DNA of 64,000 nucleotides from an uncultured bacterium (GTDB taxonomy: Bacteria; B130-G9). The stretch lies in contig CBDVDH010000011.1 of the NCBI GenBank assembly GCA_965372715.1, positions 1 to 64,000 of the forward strand, written 5' to 3'. The notes under the pieces were generated by a model that worked only from the letters and a program-made list of their open reading frames with translations, had not been told where the DNA came from and searched no databases. A program made the translations under genes and the position numbers. This document shows positions 60,194 to 64,000 of the stretch, piece by piece (positions within the stretch are counted from its first letter, which is position 1; each line of letters opens with the position of its first letter).

Positions 60194-61303
60194 ATGGAAG
60201 ACAGACTGGAACGCCCTCAGAAGCCTAAGGTGCTCATTGTTGATGATGAGGAGACGATCCTTAGGATGTTCAAGAACCAGTTCAGAAAGGACTACGAGAT
60301 AGCCATCGCGGCCAGCGCGGAGGAGGGTCTGAAGATATTGGCTGATTTCGAGGCGGACGTAGTCGTCTCGGACCAGAAGATGCCTGGGATGAAGGGCGTT
60401 GATTTTTTGGTGCAGGTCAAGGTTACGCACCCCCATGCGGTGAGAATGCTCCTCACGGGCTATACGGATGCCGAGGTTGCAAAGGACGCCATCAACAAGG
60501 GCGAGGTTACTGCTTATATCGACAAGCCGTGGGAGCGGGACAAGCTCCGGCAGCTCATCAACAAGTCAATAGAGCAGCAGCAGCTGGTGCTCGGCAAGAT
60601 GATGACGCACCTGGAGACCGAGATGCAGACGCAGTTTCATCGCGACTTCAAGGATGCCGGCATCAAGGTGGAGGCGCTGAGTTATGACGAGAAGCAGCTC
60701 GCGATCCGGAAGCGGCGGGAGGACTTTGTTGGAGCCTTCAAGCTGGGCGAGAAGGAATACGTTGTCGAGGCGTCGTTCGTGTTGTTCCCGCGGACGCCGA
60801 GGAATCTCTTCATGCGGGAGATAGCCAAGATTGCCAATACTCCCGAGGACCTCGCGGATATAGGCAAGCTGTTGGGCGACAAGGTTGAGACAGAGGTTCT
60901 TGACGTCCAGGGGACTTTCAAGTTCTGGTTCGAGACGCGAGCCATGTGGCGCCGGTCGCTGCGGGTGACCAGCAACGTTACTTATGCCACGAGATGGCCG
61001 ATGAGTCGTGTCGATTTCAAGCGGCTCTATTCTGGAATGGAGACAGCGCTTCGGATTGGTCAGAAGATCGAGTCGCTGTCAAAGGCGTCTTTCCGAGGCG
61101 AGCGATTCAAGTTCACGATCGAACCGGTTTACATATTCGGCTCGTTGGACATAAGGAAACACAACAGAAACGTGTATCGATTCGATCAGTTTCTATACGG
61201 ACACCCGACCACATTGACTGGATCGCTCGTCGCCGCGGACCTGGGCGGCCTTTATGAGAACCTCGATCGCGAGAAGGACGTATTCCTGCGCGCCAGCGCT
61301 TAA
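60194..61303 (+). CDS. Response regulator with an unrecognised C-terminal domain
   Basis: LIVDDE, SDQKMP, LLTG and KPW motifs. Confidence 0.88.
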   Translation: MEDRLERPQKPKVLIVDDEETILRMFKNQFRKDYEIAIAASAEEGLKILADFEADVVVSDQKMPGMKGVDFLVQVKVTHPHAVRMLLTGYTDAEVAKDAINKGEVTAYIDKPWERDKLRQLINKSIEQQQLVLGKMMTHLETEMQTQFHRDFKDAGIKVEALSYDEKQLAIRKRREDFVGAFKLGEKEYVVEASFVLFPRTPRNLFMREIAKIANTPEDLADIGKLLGDKVETEVLDVQGTFKFWFETRAMWRRSLRVTSNVTYATRWPMSRVDFKRLYSGMETALRIGQKIESLSKASFRGERFKFTIEPVYIFGSLDIRKHNRNVYRFDQFLYGHPTTLTGSLVAADLGGLYENLDREKDVFLRASA

Positions 61304-61450
61304 GGGCTCGGTGCACACATCCGAGACGTAGTTGCGCGGCAGTTTCTTCCCGAGCGTCAGGATGCCGGGCACATTTGTTCACGTGCTGCTGTTGTGTTTG
61401 AGAATGAGCGGACCTTGCCAGAAGTGAATCATGGGATATAGAGCGAGAAG

Positions 61451-62377
61451 TTGAGCGATAAGATCGATGAGGCAGTCGGGGGGCGTGTTCGTGAGGATGA
61501 GTCACCGATCAGACCACTGGGCAAACGCCAGCAGTTTGCTGTTTCGGTTAGCACGGCTGCTGAGGTTTATCACGAGATAGGCAACGCCCTGAGTGTGCTC
61601 GTTCCCAAGCTAAGGCTGCTTAGACAGCATTTTAAGCAGATTACCGAGCTCTTGGGCGAGTTTGGCAGGATTGACCCCGACGCGCCTGCAACGGAGGTGA
61701 GGCGGGGCGTTCTCCGGTGTCGGAAGCTTGCCGATAGCGGCCCTGGAATTGACCGCCACATCAAGAAGGTGGCCGGCGCTTTTGATCCTTGCTTCAGAGA
61801 ACTGGAAGTTGTCAAGATAGCGTCCGAGCATCTTAGGGGAGGGAAGAATGCTGGAACGGTTCGAGCGCCCATTGACGCTCGAGAAGAACTGGAACACATC
61901 GTTGACCTTTTCAAGGAACATCTCAAGGAAGTAGAGGGCATTGGGATCGACTTCGTGGAGGGTTGCAGCAAGAAAGGCGGTAAGTCGATTGAGATAGCCT
62001 GTACCCCCGAGGAGTTCTCATACATCCTTAAGAACCTCGTGCGCAACGCTGTCGATGCGATCAATGAGAAACGGTGCCTGGGCGGGTATAAGTCTGGTGA
62101 GGAACTCCAAATCCAGCTTGGGACGTCTAGGAGCGATGGCTATGCGCGGATAACGTGTCGAGACAATGGCATAGGGATGAACGAAAAGCTCAGGGAGAAG
62201 ATCTTTGACCCGTTCTTCACAACCAAGTCGCACTCGAAGGGGACTGGCGTGGGGCTCAGCATTGTCAAAGAGATCGTTGAGAAGCGAGGTGGCACGATCA
62301 AAGTGGAAACCCCGGGGGGTGAGACGATATTCGTCATCGATCTGCCCTTGCATGAAAGGTCTGGCGATGGAAAGTAG
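61451..62377 (+). CDS. Histidine kinase without a sensor domain
   Basis: HEIGNAL, NLVRNA, DNGIG, FDPFFTTK and GTGVGL. Confidence 0.88.
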   Translation: MSDKIDEAVGGRVREDESPIRPLGKRQQFAVSVSTAAEVYHEIGNALSVLVPKLRLLRQHFKQITELLGEFGRIDPDAPATEVRRGVLRCRKLADSGPGIDRHIKKVAGAFDPCFRELEVVKIASEHLRGGKNAGTVRAPIDAREELEHIVDLFKEHLKEVEGIGIDFVEGCSKKGGKSIEIACTPEEFSYILKNLVRNAVDAINEKRCLGGYKSGEELQIQLGTSRSDGYARITCRDNGIGMNEKLREKIFDPFFTTKSHSKGTGVGLSIVKEIVEKRGGTIKVETPGGETIFVIDLPLHERSGDGK

Positions 62378-63863
62378 CGAGTCGCCCACGCGCTACAAGC
62401 TCTTGGTCGTTGATGATGAGCCTCATGTCCTTGAGACAATAATCGACGTTCTGGAGGATAGGGACCGGGACGGACAACTGGAGTTCTTCTCGGCCACAAG
62501 CGGTGAGGAAGCTCTCGAGATGCTCGAGGACCGTCAGGGCGAGATCGACCTCGTGCTTACTGACCAGCGAATGCCTGGCATGTCAGGCGCGGAGCTTCTG
62601 GAGATAATCCACGAACGCTACCCGCTGATTGGTTCAATAGTCATCTCCGGTTTTGCTGAGTTTGACGACATGCGCAGCGCTTTCAGGTCTGGGATATTCG
62701 ACTACATCAAAAAACCCTATGACGAGGACCACCTGTGTGGGGTGGTCAAATCCTCGCTGGAGAAGACAGAGTTGAGGCGCCGTAATGCCCACCTGGTCGA
62801 GGAGTTGAAAGAGGCCAACCGATTACTCGAGCAACGTGTCAACGAACGCACTATGGACCTCAAAAATAGCCTCGAATGGCTGAAAAGCATGCAGCAGCAG
62901 CTGATCCAGTCGGAGAAGATGTCCTCGCTCGGGCAGCTGGTCGCTGGCATCGCACACGAAATCAACAACCCGGCGACGTCTGTCTATGCGGGAGCCGAGG
63001 CGCTGGAGAGTAACGTTGAGGAGCTGCTGATCTTTGTTGAGCGATACAAGGATTTGCTGAAGGCAACGCAAGACGGTGACACGGCTACGACCAAGGAGCT
63101 CACAGAGGAGCTTTCGGACGCGGAGGAAGACGTCGATTATCTTCTGGAGGAGGGCCTCCCGTGGAGCATCAGGTCGATGAAGGAGGGCGCGGTTCGGATA
63201 AAGGACATTGTCCGCAATCTCAAGACGTTCTCGAGAGTCGATGAGGCTGAGGTGAAACACTCCGACGTCAACGAGGGCATCAGAACGACCGAGAAGCTCG
63301 TGCATCATGAATTCAAGAACAGGATTGCCGTCAACGAGGAGTTCGGAGACATTCCGCAGCTTGAATGCTACCCTGGTCAGCTCAATCAGGTCTTCATGAA
63401 CTTGCTGGTCAACGCGGCTCAGGCGATTGAAGGTGAGGGCACAATATGGATAAAGACCATTGCGGAGAACAACAGCATTGTCGTGAAGATAAAGGATACG
63501 GGAAGCGGGATACCGGAGAACTCGCTCAAGGACATTTTCAACCCGTTTTTTACGAGTAAGCCTGCCGGTCAGGGTACGGGGCTTGGCCTCTCGATAAGTT
63601 ACAGTATTGTCAAGAAGCATGGCGGGGACATTAGGGTCGAAAGCGAGCCGGGCGCCGGCACGGAGTTCACGATCATCCTGCCATTCGATGGCATTCAGAA
63701 GGCCAAGGAGATGGCGAAGGAGGATAGGGATTCCGCTCGCAGTCAGTATGAGTTCATGGATGTATCGCGCATCGAGGAACTTGAAAGGGAGCTCGCCCAG
63801 ATAGATGCAGGCCCGGGCACAGCCGACGAGCGGCCCGGAGAACCGAGCGACGATAGCGATTAA
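62367..63863 (+). CDS. Hybrid receiver-histidine kinase
   Basis: VVDDE and TDQRMP in the receiver. AHEINNP, NLLVNA, DTGSG and GTGLGL in the kinase. Start is ATG 62367. Confidence 0.92.
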   Translation: MESSESPTRYKLLVVDDEPHVLETIIDVLEDRDRDGQLEFFSATSGEEALEMLEDRQGEIDLVLTDQRMPGMSGAELLEIIHERYPLIGSIVISGFAEFDDMRSAFRSGIFDYIKKPYDEDHLCGVVKSSLEKTELRRRNAHLVEELKEANRLLEQRVNERTMDLKNSLEWLKSMQQQLIQSEKMSSLGQLVAGIAHEINNPATSVYAGAEALESNVEELLIFVERYKDLLKATQDGDTATTKELTEELSDAEEDVDYLLEEGLPWSIRSMKEGAVRIKDIVRNLKTFSRVDEAEVKHSDVNEGIRTTEKLVHHEFKNRIAVNEEFGDIPQLECYPGQLNQVFMNLLVNAAQAIEGEGTIWIKTIAENNSIVVKIKDTGSGIPENSLKDIFNPFFTSKPAGQGTGLGLSISYSIVKKHGGDIRVESEPGAGTEFTIILPFDGIQKAKEMAKEDRDSARSQYEFMDVSRIEELERELAQIDAGPGTADERPGEPSDDSD

Positions 63864-64000
63864 ACCGTTCGCATGTAGGCCGACCTGGCGGTCAAAGAGC
63901 TGCCTCGCCGCGTAATAGATGCCAAAGACGATCGCCGGCACGAATAGCAGGTTAGCTGCGATTGCGACGTCAACGCTTCTGCCGAAAAGAAGCATCAAGA

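Noticed and set aside
62823-63998. 391-aa minus-strand ORF
   Set aside because: Mostly antisense to the hybrid kinase. Only the first ~45 hydrophobic residues may belong to a membrane-protein gene entering from outside the window, which cannot be resolved here.

Overview
GC-rich bacterial chromosomal segment from an anaerobe. The taxon cannot be determined from the sequence alone. The most unusual part is an ~8.1-kb element integrated at tRNA-Pro(CGG) between 50-bp att repeats (13037-21170). It looks like a capsid-less phage satellite: tyrosine integrase, Xis-like HTH, primase-helicase, iteron origin and TerS-like gene. It also carries features the ORF track misses: a candidate antisense RNA, a 52-aa leader ORF coupled to the primase gene, and twin terminator-like hairpins with an identical loop. 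The window also holds a relic inverted-type integron (IntI C-terminus, attI-like site, one type II restriction-modification cassette, 59-bp attC) and a mercury-methylation hgcAB pair at the end of an arsR-(Cys-rich membrane proteins)-ccdA cluster. Other notable genes are a DnaA paralogue with an altered DNA-recognition helix, a Schlafen/AlbA_2 protein, a giant Ser/Thr kinase-TPR-GAF-sigma54 activator, and four secreted beta-helix proteins, one of which runs off the left edge and is absent from the ORF track. The rest is housekeeping (surE, YqaA, D-amino-acid aminotransferase, trkAH, ychF-like, OppD, a 2-oxoacid:ferredoxin oxidoreductase operon, two-component genes) plus several REP-like repeat families. 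All calls come from motif reading only; no database searches were run.
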